A stretch of 64,000 nucleotides of DNA from Obrimoposthia wandeli (Eukaryota), in contig CDROCS010000572.1 of NCBI GenBank assembly GCA_977020255.1, positions 186,001 to 250,000 of the forward strand. The letters run 5' to 3'. Position numbers and translations under genes: made by a program. The notes under the pieces are model-generated. The model saw only the letters and a list, made by a program, of their open reading frames with translations. It had not been told where the DNA came from and did not search any database. Position 1 is the first letter of the stretch. Each line of letters opens with the position of its first letter. Below are positions 30,301-40,699 of this stretch, one piece after another.

Positions 30301-33300
30301 TACAATTTGGGTAAAACTTTCAAATCTAATACACGACATTTCATGCACAGGGCATATTTACTTATAAAAACAATTTATTTATGAAAAAGTCATAATTTAT
30401 GAAAATCGGTATAAAATAAGAAAATTATTTATTTGATGACAGATATGAAATTGAATGACTGCTATAATTTAAACTAATAGACAGTTGTATTTTTAAACAT
30501 CTTCTTTCCTTCTTCAATTTTAAGTTTTCTATATTTCATCATAAACGTCCTGAGACAGTAGGACATTGGATCTTTAAAATACAGGGTGTAGAGAAAAGCT
30601 GTTTATTGATATAATAATAAATATTAATCCAATTAGACGAATTTAAGAGGTCCCACGATGGAGTTGAAATTAGGATGGCTTTGTGGGACCTCTTAATCAT
30701 GCACTAATGACCTGAAATTTCATTTTACCTTGTATTTTTCCATATTCATAACTTTTTATTATACCCCACAAATAAATTTCAAAAATTTTGGTTTTCGGCC
30801 TCCCCTAGTATACATCTGCAACTGCTAGGCTATTTTAAGTGAATTTATTTATTTCAGATGATTAAAATGATTATCGAATTTAATTTCAGTTACTTACTAA
30901 TTCTAAACATGAAAGATTATAAACTGCAATGGTTCAGTGGTAGAATGCATAACGTGAGATTATCAGTTGCTGCAACTATTTTCTCCTGAACTTAACAGAT
31001 TTATAATTTGCCTATTGTGTTATGCTTATGGCACAGAATGATATTTATGTTCTTCTTGTCCCACTTTTGGCGCTTTTCCATGTTACAAATGCTATGTCTA
31101 GAGGATTTTTTGTAATTTTAAATAAATAATGTTTTTAAAATCAAATTCCACATTGTATTGTTATATTTTACTATGGGATTTTCTAGTTGAGGGTTGATAA
31201 AAAATATATACTTCCGATATTTCTGAACCTAACAAATGTATTTTTGCCTTTGGTATTGAATGGGTTAACCACTCACCAAAGCCCGCTGGACACTAGTACG
31301 GAATTTGGCCATTCTTGTGTTGGCATTTGATCCCTGGTCCGGGAGGGGGATGATGAAGACATGACCAGGGGCACCTGGAACTCCCGGAGTACCTGACAAA
31401 CCGTCTCGACCATCCTTACCCTGGATTGGAATCGAAGAGAAATTAAAATTCAACTCCTACAAACAAATCGTACAGATCGAGTCAATAAGAAAGTAAATTG
31501 GCAATAAAATTAATAAGTAGTATTATGTTAAAATGAAATTATAAAGAACTCAAAATTTATGACATTTTAAATCAAAAAATTATACAGAATTGATGGAATT
31601 TTACTTTAAAACTTTAATACAGTAAAATATTATATAATTTATAAAAATAAAATTTATCTTTGTTTGAAACCTATGTTGTACAATAAACGTTTTAGTAATT
31701 ATTTAAAGTCTCAAAATTTTAAAGCAATTTGATATCTTATAAAGTAGTTCATTGTTTGTGATTATTCTAAAGAATATTATAAGTTCTACAGAAAGAAACA
31801 GTATTTCTAAGAATCAAATGAATATCCAAATGAAGATGTGAAGAAAATTATTTTGTATATATATTAAAAAAAGGTAAAATACATTCCAGGTCAGAAAAAT
31901 AATTCATTTACACCACACAACAGTCGGACATTATTTAAAAAACTATATTAATTACGGAAAATACCGGTCGAAGCTTGTAGAAGATCAAAATATGTCCTGC
32001 AGATAAATTAGCAACCGCCTTGGAAATAAAATGGGACTCAGTACGGTTTCTAGAATATTAAAAAACTATTTTGAGTATTCAAAGTTTTAAAAATATCCAA
32101 TACTAACAAAATTGCGTAAAGGTAAACGAGTTTCCTTTTACCAAATTCATCTAAACAAATGACCGGATTGAATGCGTCATTGACATTATATTAAAGAGCC
32201 TCCTCATTTGATATGGAGGCTGAAAGAATAAAATGGTATCTAAAGGGTTATTTGTTGATGGTAAGATCGATTCATCTACATTTAGTATCAGAAAAATATA
32301 TAAATACAGTAACTTTGCCTGTTTACTCCCCTGACATAAACATTTCAAATTTATCAGATTTATTGTAATTACAAAAGTCCATTAAGAGAGAGACATAATC
32401 AATAACATAAAGCTATAGGAAAGTTTTCGAAGAATTCTATCAAACGCTTTACGTGTAAATTATGACTTTATTAAAAAATGTTAAAAAACCTACTTTCTTT
32501 GTTAAGAGATTATTTGCTAAATATCCACATATTTTATGCAAAAATAGCGACACTAATGAATTTTACACAAAAGTACACGCTTATTTTTCTGTCTCATATA
32601 TGTGTGACTCTATTTCTGCCATAGTAGGTAAATAAACAGTTTCCAAGGTGTAATTGATTTTTGTTACATGCTGATTTTATTGGTAAGTTTACTATGTATT
32701 ATAATTTGTCCGATTCTTTCTACAGCGGCACTATTCAGTTGGATAATGTGCATAATATAGAATAAAATGTACTAACCGAGGCACCCTTGTTACCTAGTGG
32801 ACCTTTCTTTCCAGGATCTCCAGGAGTTCCTTCTAGAGTTTTCTTAATAACGGCCTGGAATAGTGAAAGAGATTGTCGTAACCGTATATTCTTATCGAAT
32901 TCATCATGTACCTGGTTCATCATGAGGTTGCTCAAATCGCTAGAACAATCGGGATGGAACTGACGACATTGGTCCTGTGCTTTGGCTCCAGATTTTAGCA
33001 GAAGTAATGAGTCCAAAACACCCTGTAAATAAGGTCGAAATGAAGGTCATATGAAACTTAATTTAGACGTATCAATTTTGTATGTAGGTCATAGATTATG
33101 TAGGTCATAGATTATGTAGGTCATAGATTATGTAAGTCATAAATTATGTAGATCACCGTGAAAGCGGCCTTGCCAGCACTATTCTGCATGACGTAAAGAA
33201 GACCGCTGCTGATGTCAACAAGGCGCATCGGCTCCACCAGTCGCTCACTCGATTGCATTTGACAGTCCACGTACAACTCAATGGCGTCAGCTTTCACTCC

Positions 33301-36300
33301 CAGTCCCACTCGATGCCACCTGCATGTAGTTCAAATTTGGCAATTGAATATTTAGACTAGGGTTTCCCAAAATTCAGGGGGTTCCGGGAGAATTTTAAGG
33401 GGAAAATTGTCATTATTTTCCACAGCCTCCCTAAAATTTTAGGTTTTCTATGAGATTCTAAATTTTTTAGGAGTTCACAGCGAAAAATAGTTGAGAAACC
33501 CTGATTTAGACCATAAAACAATGTAAACAAAATACTTTTATCAAATGAAATACAAATTTGATTATATGATATTCTGTTCGTAAAATTTCGAAATTCTGAT
33601 TATATAATAAGTTTATATTTCCCTTTACAGTTAAAAAATCCAAACCACCACTGTCATTCTATATATCAAGGTCATCAGGATTTCGGATCAGGTTTTTGCA
33701 ATAAGGTTTAAAAGACTTTTTACGTGCATTTGTGGTAACCAGTGACAGACTGGTCTATCGGAAGTAGAAAGATTTTCCAATACAAAGCTGAACCTATTAA
33801 AATCCATTAGTTTGATTGGCCAAAGAGGGGCAAATATTATTACCAGAAGCTCTTTGTAGATAAAATAACATTGCAAATTATACCAGAAGTTTGTAAAGAA
33901 AGAACAGTCATTTAGAAAGTTCAAATGGAAACTATAATCAAAAGAATTAGAACAGTGTAAGATTTTTTCCTTTAAATGTTTGTTTATATTTTATCTTATT
34001 GTTGGGCTTAATTTATATATTAAAAAAATAGATAGTGCAATACAATTTTATTATATACAAAAATGACCAGGGCCAAAAATTATGAGAATTACTAAAATAA
34101 AAAAAATCTAACAAGTTAACATTAAAAGAAAAATATGACGATGATGATGATGAATAATAAAAGTAAAAATAATGACCTGTCGTATTCGGTATCCGCATGA
34201 TATCCAGAAATTTTTTAAAATAATCTAATTTCCAAAAACCAGGTTTTTTTTATCCTTTTAATTTCTATGTAGTGCCCGGATCTTCCTGTCAGGGCTTTTG
34301 ATTTAGATTAGTTTAACCTAAATGGGGTTTGGTCATTTAAATAATTTTCCCACTTAGGTTCCATCGGGTAACCCGTTAGTAAGTGTGTTTGCTTCTTAAT
34401 ATTGTAAAGTTTTATGTACTTTCTTATACTATAGGACTTTTTACCCAGAGATGGGATTTTTATGAGCCGAAAATATTTCAATTGAAAATAATTTATGCTT
34501 TAAAATGATGTTTTGTTCATTTATGTACGACTTTTAGATGTCTAGATATTCTTCTTTAAAGTTAAAGTAATTAACAAAAATCCCATTTTTGTGGATCTTT
34601 CTTAATACAAAAGTTGAAAAACTTTCAAGCATACATGAAATAAATCGATATTTCATTACTAATTTATGTGTAGTTCAGATTTTGATTAAGGTCTTTCTTT
34701 AAAAAGTTATTCGTAAAAAGGTGAATTTTACACAAAATTAATTATTATTTTAAAACTATTATTCTTTATTGTGGGTAAAAAAAAACATAACATTTTAATA
34801 AGAATTTGGTATAAACTGTATGCATAACTTAAGCAATTGTTATTTATTTGCTTTAAATTTTTTTAAGGATAGTAATTTAAATACTTGCTATTTTAATTTT
34901 CTTTTAAATTTAACTCTAACATTATAACAATCTTTTTCTGAAATTTATAGTGGAAAATACATTCTCTATTAATCATTTCAATTATAGTGAAATTTATGCT
35001 CGTAAAATGCATGTTTATCCCTGGTAAAATTGCTTGAAACTTATAAAAAAAGAGAAGAAAAAAAATTTAATAGAGCAGTGACATATTGAAATTCTATTCC
35101 TATGACTAAAAAAGTAACATCAGAAACTATTTCTTTAGTGAAAGAAAAAGGTTGACTACCTAGAAGATTCATTAACCAAGCATTTGCAAAAATACAAACA
35201 TTATTAGTCATGTTATTTTTTATTTTAAAAATCTTTGTAAAAATAGAAAGTTATGGCCATTTTCAACATATTCGAGTTGTTGTAAATTTTAAAGTGTAAT
35301 TCTGTTTTGTTGTGCTTTTTAACTGTTTAAAAGTAATGGGGTTTTAAAATACGTTTAGAACTCTTTTAATAAAAGAAAATTGTGCATGTATAGGCTGACT
35401 AGTGTGAAGTTTAGGATCCAACCAAAAGCATGGGAACGTGCAACATTTGTCAGGGCCAAATTCATGAACCTTCCTCAGGAAACCGTTAAAATAATAGATA
35501 ATTAATAAAATTAAAATTTAAGAAAACTTTAAGGAATTTTAACAATTGGTAGACATAAACTGTTCTTATCTTACTAAATTATTCTGAAAAAAATATTTCA
35601 AGTAAAATTTAAAGAAACAATAAAGCTTCATTATGTAATTAAATAATAAAATTAAAAATTAATTTTACTTGATTTAGCAATTTTTTTCAATTAGTTTAAA
35701 TAATCGTTATAATGAGAGTATTAAATCCGAAAATTAGATAAGTTTTCACAATTAATAAAGAAATAAAGTAATTCAAACATATATTTCAATAAAAATAATT
35801 TAATTAATAGAATTTTTTTATGTTTTAGAAAATTAAAAAAACGAAATGTCCATTTTTTACATAAACATTTGATACATATTATTTTAAATTATTATATTTT
35901 GATATAAATTTCTTTCAAAAATTAAAAATCAGATAAACTCAAGATTAATGTAAGATTAAAATCAAATGAGTATTTAAGATATTTAAGTATTTTGATTATG
36001 AATTTGAGTTTTTCCCTCTGAAATTAAACGGTTAACTAGATTTTATATCAATTATTTTAATAATTCGATTTTTGTTATAATTTTAAAATATTTGGAACCA
36101 AATATTCTGTTTTGTAAAATTTTTCTTAGCTCAGGAAATGCAAATTTTCTTTATGGAACGAACTTAATAAAAATGTTAAGGAAAATATATTAACCTGCAA
36201 ACGCACCCTACCAGTAGTCAGAAGTGTTCTTAACCGCCGCTTAGTGGATTATGAATGCAATTATATCATATGGCACTCTAAGGGGAATATAATTATAAAG

Positions 36301-39300
36301 AAAGTTTCAAACCATTTTTATTAATGAAACGCAGGTTATTTTTCCAAATATGTGCATTTGTTTATGCTTTTACTTGTCACTATTCGTCATAAATGTTACT
36401 GGATACTGACTTTGTCTACTCTGAAACGGATTAGGGAAACCTACTATCACCTCAGAAAGTTTGCTCTAAAAAGTGAATTTTTACAATGTTCTGAATCGGT
36501 TTATTGATAAATTACGATAAATATATTTAAGTACTAGATAGGTAGCTATGTTTAACCTTACAGTGCAGTACCGCTATTTTGGGTATTGCTTTGTTTTATT
36601 TTAGTTATAGGTTGTCTGATAAGATGATATTATTATGTGTGTTGCTCATTTAATTATTTCATTTGTAATATTATTATAATAGATTGAATCGAAGAAGACC
36701 GTGAAGATCGCGGGGGATGATCTTTAGGGGATGTCGAGGAGCCCCAAGAAGAGTCAAGACAACAAACAAAATTGTAACATTGAAATAAAATGTGATGGAA
36801 AAATCTTTGTATTGATGTTGTGCGTACGCATGAAAAAGATTTAAGTCGTATCTAATCTTGTTATATCATTTTTAAAAATATGAAAAACCGTAACTGACAC
36901 ATTCATTGTTTACATAATTTACTGTATATTAAAATTATTATCCATACACTCTCCAGTCGCACATTCTACCACTGAACTATCGTGGCTCGTAATCTAAGGA
37001 ATAGTGCATTTACAGTTTGTAAGTAGTATATTATTTTCAAATATTTAACTTAATAAATTTTATTTTTGTTCTGTTTTAAAAAATGTAAATGTCACCGAAG
37101 ATTTTTTATTGCTATTTATGTTTATTTGCAAAAAGAATTTTTCTTTCTCTACTGTTAAAAAGAATGTAGGTAGATTCTCGACTCACTGGTTGTCGGAAAG
37201 ATCAACATTGAATTTGAAGGTCAGTAATTGGTCCGCCTTGTTCTTGTACTTGAACTCAACGACTTGACCGACAGTCAGTGATAAAATTATGTCTCCCGAA
37301 CTGCTCCGTACTGACAACAACTCCTGCTGGTCGATGGCCTCAGTCTTCATCACGAACAGCAAAGAAAACTGCCGAGGCATCTCTCCTGCATTGAGATTAA
37401 GATTATAGTTAAAATTGAAATATGTTTTTAGAAGAAAATCATCAATTTTGAGTCATCCGTAAATTAAAAAAACTTAGAGAAGAAGTAACAAAAAATAAAA
37501 AGTTTTATTTTAATTTTAAAAATATTTATATTGGATTAATTGAGAATAATTAAAATGTTAAAAAAAAACCGTTCTTAGAAGCCTCATAGAAATAAAAATG
37601 TTATTGTTTGGAAAATTAACAAAAATTAAATTTTATAACTTTTATGTCCTTACCTATAGAAGTCCAAAAATTCAAGTTTTAGAACTTTAAGGGCAGCGAA
37701 TACGATCTGCCGACGATTTTATAAATTGAAATACCTACAGCATAACCGGATAACCTATAAGAAGCCGAACTCATATAAACTCCCGATTGTCAACATATAA
37801 AGGCTCAGTTTACAAACTCACTTCACATGTCTCCTACACTCATCGCCTTTCTGCGTACTCTCATAACTGTCGTTCTCTGGTTGTTTTAGTTTTATGTTTT
37901 AATGCTGTAATTTCATGAATAATATAAGTTAAAGAAATAATTGTGTCATTTGAATTTTGAAGCACAACAGAGTGATAAATCGATTCAGTTCAGTACAATA
38001 TTCTGAATTTTATATTTTTGTTTAACTGGTTCTGTATCACGCGATCTTTACTGATATTTAAGTTACATATAGTGAGTAAAAATATTTTATGAAATATGTT
38101 GAAAATTTGAAGAAAATTGTATTAATAGACACTAGTAACAAGTTAAGGTCATTCCAGTCATCATTAAGGCACCAATAATTTTTTTTTAATTAAATTATAT
38201 CAGAAACAATTTTGAAATTATTGTAGTGTAATGTTTATCACTGTTTGATCGTCAATGCAATTTTGATTCATAGATAAACATCTATATTGAATTGATGTAT
38301 AAATACTTGGATGTTATTGTAAGATAAACAAAATTAAGTTTCATAAACCTGTAATAGTAACAGGAAAAATATTTATTTAACTTCACGTTTACTTCTAGAC
38401 CTATCTAAATCCACGTCATAATAAATAAAATTTGAAGCGCAGTATAAAATTGAACGAGAAATTTAGAAAATATTAAATAGCATATTTTGATGATGTCAAT
38501 TTGAATTGTAACAAACTGGCTAGTTATTAGAGTATAAGGTGGAAATCCCTTTCTTATTATCTCATATTTAAAATTCCAAAAATTTGCAAATATACATTTT
38601 ATCATTTCTATTTCTTTATAATTTTATTTAAAATTGACTAAAGTAAAACAGATTTAGATACGGAAAATGTGCAAAATTAAATTTAAAAATATTTGTTTCA
38701 CAGAATAAGCGCTTGTTAATGTATTTATTTAAAATAAATTATTATGCTAAATTAAACACAAATTTAATTTGAAAAAGATTTTTGATTGATTATGATTTTA
38801 TTAGAGTAAATGTTCATTTCGTATCATTCTATTGATTTATATTTTCTTAAACAAGAATCTCAAAAATATTATTTAAAGTGTATTTTCATAATTCATAACC
38901 GAAATCTATATTGAAAAGATTAAATTTAACTAAATGATTTATTGTAGGTAAGTCAATAATAATTTATGTCTCATTTTTACAAATATTTTACCCACCGTTG
39001 AATATGTTGTCGCTCTTTGCTACGAGATTATTTCCATATTCATAGCGGTAAGCTTTCCGATCAGAGTTCGGACAAAACGGTGGTTCTGCCGTCGTACCGG
39101 AGTTTTTGTCGGATATTTGAACGAGTTTCATTAGATCCACAAGTGAGTCTAAATTAAATATTTAGTCATTAGACACCATAATGACAGTGTTTCTACCTCT
39201 CTGAAGCTGCTGAGCATCGACATTGTGAAACGCTGCAATTATGAAAACCACCGGCAACATAATTTTGAGCAGTCTCCATGACTCTAATCCTCTGGAAGTC

Positions 39301-39302
39301 AT
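61..39302 (-). CDS. Clade B fibrillar collagen alpha chain (COL5/COL11-like), 17 exons in window, 3' end outside window
   Basis: All exons traced by hand with GT-AG ends and consistent phase: 39302-39197, 39148-38996, 37385-37187, 33319-33157, 33022-32777, 31420-31277, 28850(or 28862)-28698, 20195-20142, 16055-15885, 14513-14262, 10607-10320, 9312-9007, 7630-7415, 6364-5951, 5841-5680, 2613-2290, 384-61. Signal peptide, TSPN motifs ([19 protein letters not shown]), minor helix ending PGHVFIIP, and a helical cross-link motif GSKGHK. The helix is collinear with the vertebrate alpha1(V)/(XI) helix as recalled. Confidence 0.95.
760..1380 (-). mobile_element. Degenerate mariner (DD34D) transposase remnant
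   Basis: HDNAKP...QPPFSPDL in ORF 781-1035; KAPS...F.DAER.G.P helix-turn-helix remnant near 1160-1250, similar to the 21214-22501 element. Confidence 0.8.
2290..2613 (-). CDS. Collagen exon 16 (36 triplets)
   Basis: 324 nt, GCAG/GTGAGT. Confidence 0.93.
5680..5841 (-). CDS. Collagen exon 15 (18 triplets; not in ORF track)
   Basis: Hand translation GSKGNPGKT...GPVGPDGVQ, 162 nt, ACAG/GTGAGT. Confidence 0.93.
5951..6364 (-). CDS. Collagen exon 14 (46 triplets)
   Basis: 414 nt, ACAG/GTAAGA. Confidence 0.93.
7228..7318 (-). mobile_element. Solo Polinton terminus fragment inside a collagen intron
   Basis: Reverse complement AATAGGTGGATGTGTCCGGTCTAAT matches 24/25 nt of the terminus at 45705; also shares the CCTTTAAAA...TGGAGTGAAATTTC block with 50740-50830. 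Confidence 0.8.
7415..7630 (-). CDS. Collagen exon 13 (24 triplets)
   Basis: 216 nt, ACAG/GTGAGT. Confidence 0.93.
9007..9312 (-). CDS. Collagen exon 12 (34 triplets)
   Basis: 306 nt, GCAG/GTGGGT. Confidence 0.92.
10320..10607 (-). CDS. Collagen exon 11 (32 triplets)
   Basis: 288 nt, GCAG/GTCAGT. Confidence 0.93.
14262..14513 (-). CDS. Collagen exon 10 (28 triplets)
   Basis: 252 nt, CCAG/GTGAGT. Confidence 0.93.
15885..16055 (-). CDS. Collagen exon 9 (19 triplets, includes GSKGHK cross-link motif)
   Basis: 171 nt, CCAG/GTGAGT, perfect Gly-X-Y. Confidence 0.93.
16798..17020. repeat. Double fold-back inverted repeat
   Basis: Perfect 73-bp arms 16798-16870 and 16896-16968 around a 25-nt spacer; 16969-17020 is the reverse complement of 16866-16917 (1 mismatch in 52). 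Confidence 0.95.
18540..19750 (-). mobile_element. Degenerate DDE DNA transposase, possibly Chapaev/CMC-like
   Basis: IRFGIDGAG (first D), [11 protein letters not shown], and ..[20 protein letters not shown] (E motif) in successive broken frames. Confidence 0.5.
20142..20195 (-). CDS. Collagen exon 8: 54-bp exon [18 protein letters not shown] (missed by the ORF track)
   Basis: ACAG acceptor, GTAAGT donor, exactly 54 nt; matches the GRAGSDGARGMPGQTGPK exon of alpha1(V) as recalled. Confidence 0.92.
21214..22501 (-). mobile_element. Full-length (1288 bp) but inactivated mariner element
   Basis: 29-bp TIRs (25/29 identical) flanked by TA at 21212-13 and 22502-03; N-terminal HTH ORF 21922-22329 (..KWVHHALT) and C-terminal [12 protein letters not shown] 21339-21605. 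Confidence 0.92.
23170..23720 (-). mobile_element. Non-LTR retrotransposon (CR1/L2-like) reverse transcriptase fragment
   Basis: Minus-strand motifs [10 protein letters not shown] (about 23580-23610), GVPK (about 23430) and YTDDTK (about 23325-23340). Confidence 0.75.
26530..26900 (+). mobile_element. pogo/Tigger transposase remnant (CENP-B-type HTH)
   Basis: [22 protein letters not shown] and [10 protein letters not shown] motifs in broken frames. Confidence 0.7.
27814..28040 (-). mobile_element. Possible mariner N-terminal remnant
   Basis: [27 protein letters not shown] resembles the first mariner HTH; weak. Confidence 0.35.
28698..28850 (-). CDS. Collagen exon 7: start of major helix (17 triplets)
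   Basis: GSAGPQ...GLGGPQ, 153 nt. An in-frame alternative acceptor TTGCAG 12 nt upstream (exon start 28862) would add SLFK. Confidence 0.9.
29040..29830 (+). mobile_element. Degenerate mariner (Mos1/Hsmar-like) transposase
   Basis: [30 protein letters not shown] and the terminal [13 protein letters not shown] motif. Confidence 0.8.
29908..30193. mobile_element. hAT-type MITE (286 bp)
   Basis: Termini CAGGGGTGCCCAAA / TTTGGGAACCCCTG; no intact 8-bp TSD seen. Confidence 0.6.
30927..30950 (+). other. tRNA-like A-box fragment (possible SINE head); similar sequence at about 36950-36985 (minus)
   Basis: TGGTTCAGTGGTAGAATG and TAGTTCAGTGGTAGAATG; no complete cloverleaf seen. Confidence 0.3.
31277..31420 (-). 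CDS. Collagen exon 6: minor helix end and N-telopeptide region
   Basis: [27 protein letters not shown]...VQRAL resembles the PGTMLMLP...QARLAL linker of collagens V/XI; 144 nt. Confidence 0.92.
31880..32150 (+). mobile_element. Tc1/Tc3-like transposase remnant
   Basis: [11 protein letters not shown]...[13 protein letters not shown] resembles the second Tc1 HTH and linker. Confidence 0.5.
32777..33022 (-). CDS. Collagen exon 5: end of TSPN, short variable region, start of minor helix
   Basis: [26 protein letters not shown]...[18 protein letters not shown]; 246 nt, phase 0-0. Confidence 0.92.
33083..33154. repeat. 16-bp tandem repeat (TATGTAGGTCATAGAT) x about 4.5 next to the exon 4 donor
   Basis: Read directly; the last degenerate copy runs into the donor site. 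Confidence 0.85.
33157..33319 (-). CDS. Collagen exon 4: TSPN domain ([20 protein letters not shown]...)
   Basis: LamG/TSPN WHRV...LYVDC motif; phase 2-0. Confidence 0.92.
33358..33503. mobile_element. hAT (Charlie-like) MITE, 146 bp, with 8-bp TSD
   Basis: TIRs TAGGGTTTCCCAA / TTGAGAAACCCTG; identical TSD ATTTAGAC at 33350-33357 and 33504-33511. Confidence 0.9.
37187..37385 (-). CDS. Collagen exon 3: TSPN domain ([13 protein letters not shown]...DLSDNQ)
   Basis: ORF 37183-37380; TGCAG acceptor, GTGAGT donor; phase 1-2. Confidence 0.9.
38996..39148 (-). CDS. Collagen exon 2: start of TSPN/LamG domain ([11 protein letters not shown]...[12 protein letters not shown]...)
   Basis: Phase 1-1, 153 nt open frame with the conserved TSPN Cys; AG/GT ends. 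Confidence 0.85.
39197..39302 (-). CDS. Collagen exon 1: signal peptide ([35 protein letters not shown])
   Basis: ATG at 39302; hydrophobic stretch then VDA-Q cleavage-like site; donor GTAGAA; 48-bp intron follows. Confidence 0.85.
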
Positions 39303-40699
39303 GGTGCTGACAGAATCCGAGTTGTGAAACCAATTCTGTGATACAATGTGCTACTATAATATATTCCCACTCAATAAATTCCTATGCTTATGGATTCAGG
39401 CAGTAAAATAATGATTTCTATTTGCATATTCGTAGATACACACAGTTTCATATCTCTGTAAGCGTTGCTGTGCCATAGGTGATTCTACACGTCTCTATAA
39501 TTGTGATGTAGCGAATTCTCTCGAATTTGCACCATGTATGTCGACTTTAACCGATGAAAATCACCAATTGAAGTCTGCTGTACTACTGGGATGACATTTT
39601 CCCGGGGTTTCATTCGATTAAAGGTTATATGCAATCAATAATCTTATGTTTTATTTTCAAATTACATTAACTCGCAATATCTGATATTTATTTAACTATT
39701 TTAAAGTAAGAATCCTACGGTTACATGTCAAAATCAATTTTTTATACTTTTATTTACGAATTTTGCTTTAAACTTATTTTTGTCGTATAAAAACAGTCTG
39801 AATGTTGTCTTTTAAATTGGTGTGCAATTTTGTCTGAAATTTCGAAAATGTCGTGTGATAATTTTCTTGCTTCAGTCAAAAGTAAATTAAATTGCCGATT
39901 CTTGAATCGATAATATTTTACAAATTTTATCAAATATCAAAATTATTCATTTTTAAATGACGAAATATATTTGTATGCGTTATAAAGAAATTTGTAATAG
40001 GGAATGATACAGTTGTCCCACTTTCAATTTTTTTAAGGTCAATGAATAAATTTATACTTTATTTGGCCTTGAAACATAATACAGTGGAGTCTGCTTAATT
40101 GAGATATGTTTGTAAAATTAAATTTGCCCGGATAAACCAGATGTCTCAATAAAATTTTGAAAATTTCTTATTAATGTTATTAAACGCTGTTTATTTTTCG
40201 CATTGGTAAATTTAAATTGCGAAGAACGAAACAATTTTAAAAATATTCAAGATTACAGCAATTTTTTAATATTTTTCTTTAAATTTAATTTGAAAATTAT
40301 ACTTGCTCATGAGTACAATGTTCAAATATGAAGAAAAATAGACATGAATACTCAAGAAAAGGGAAGGATCTACAAAGCACTTCAAGAGCCATCAAAAATA
40401 AAGCTGCAATGAGAAAAATAGTTATTTCTGGTATATAACTAAGTTCTAAACTATCATGGTATTCGAGAGATACTAAAAAGAAAAACACTCGAAATTTGGT
40501 TCGAAGACTTGACTCAGAAAGTGTTCCTATTAGATTAAGAAAAATTGAATAAGATAAATAAAATAATTATTTATATTAAAAAGATTTAACCTAAAATCAA
40601 AGGTAAAAAGGAATTTAAATAGAAAATTAAAAATAAATTGATTTTAGAATAAAATATCGAATTAAAATAAATTAGGACCTAGAAAAGGTCGTGGGGAAA

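Noticed and set aside
30927-30990. Intact tRNA gene
   Set aside because: Only an A-box/D-arm-like segment; no B box or acceptor-stem pairing found.
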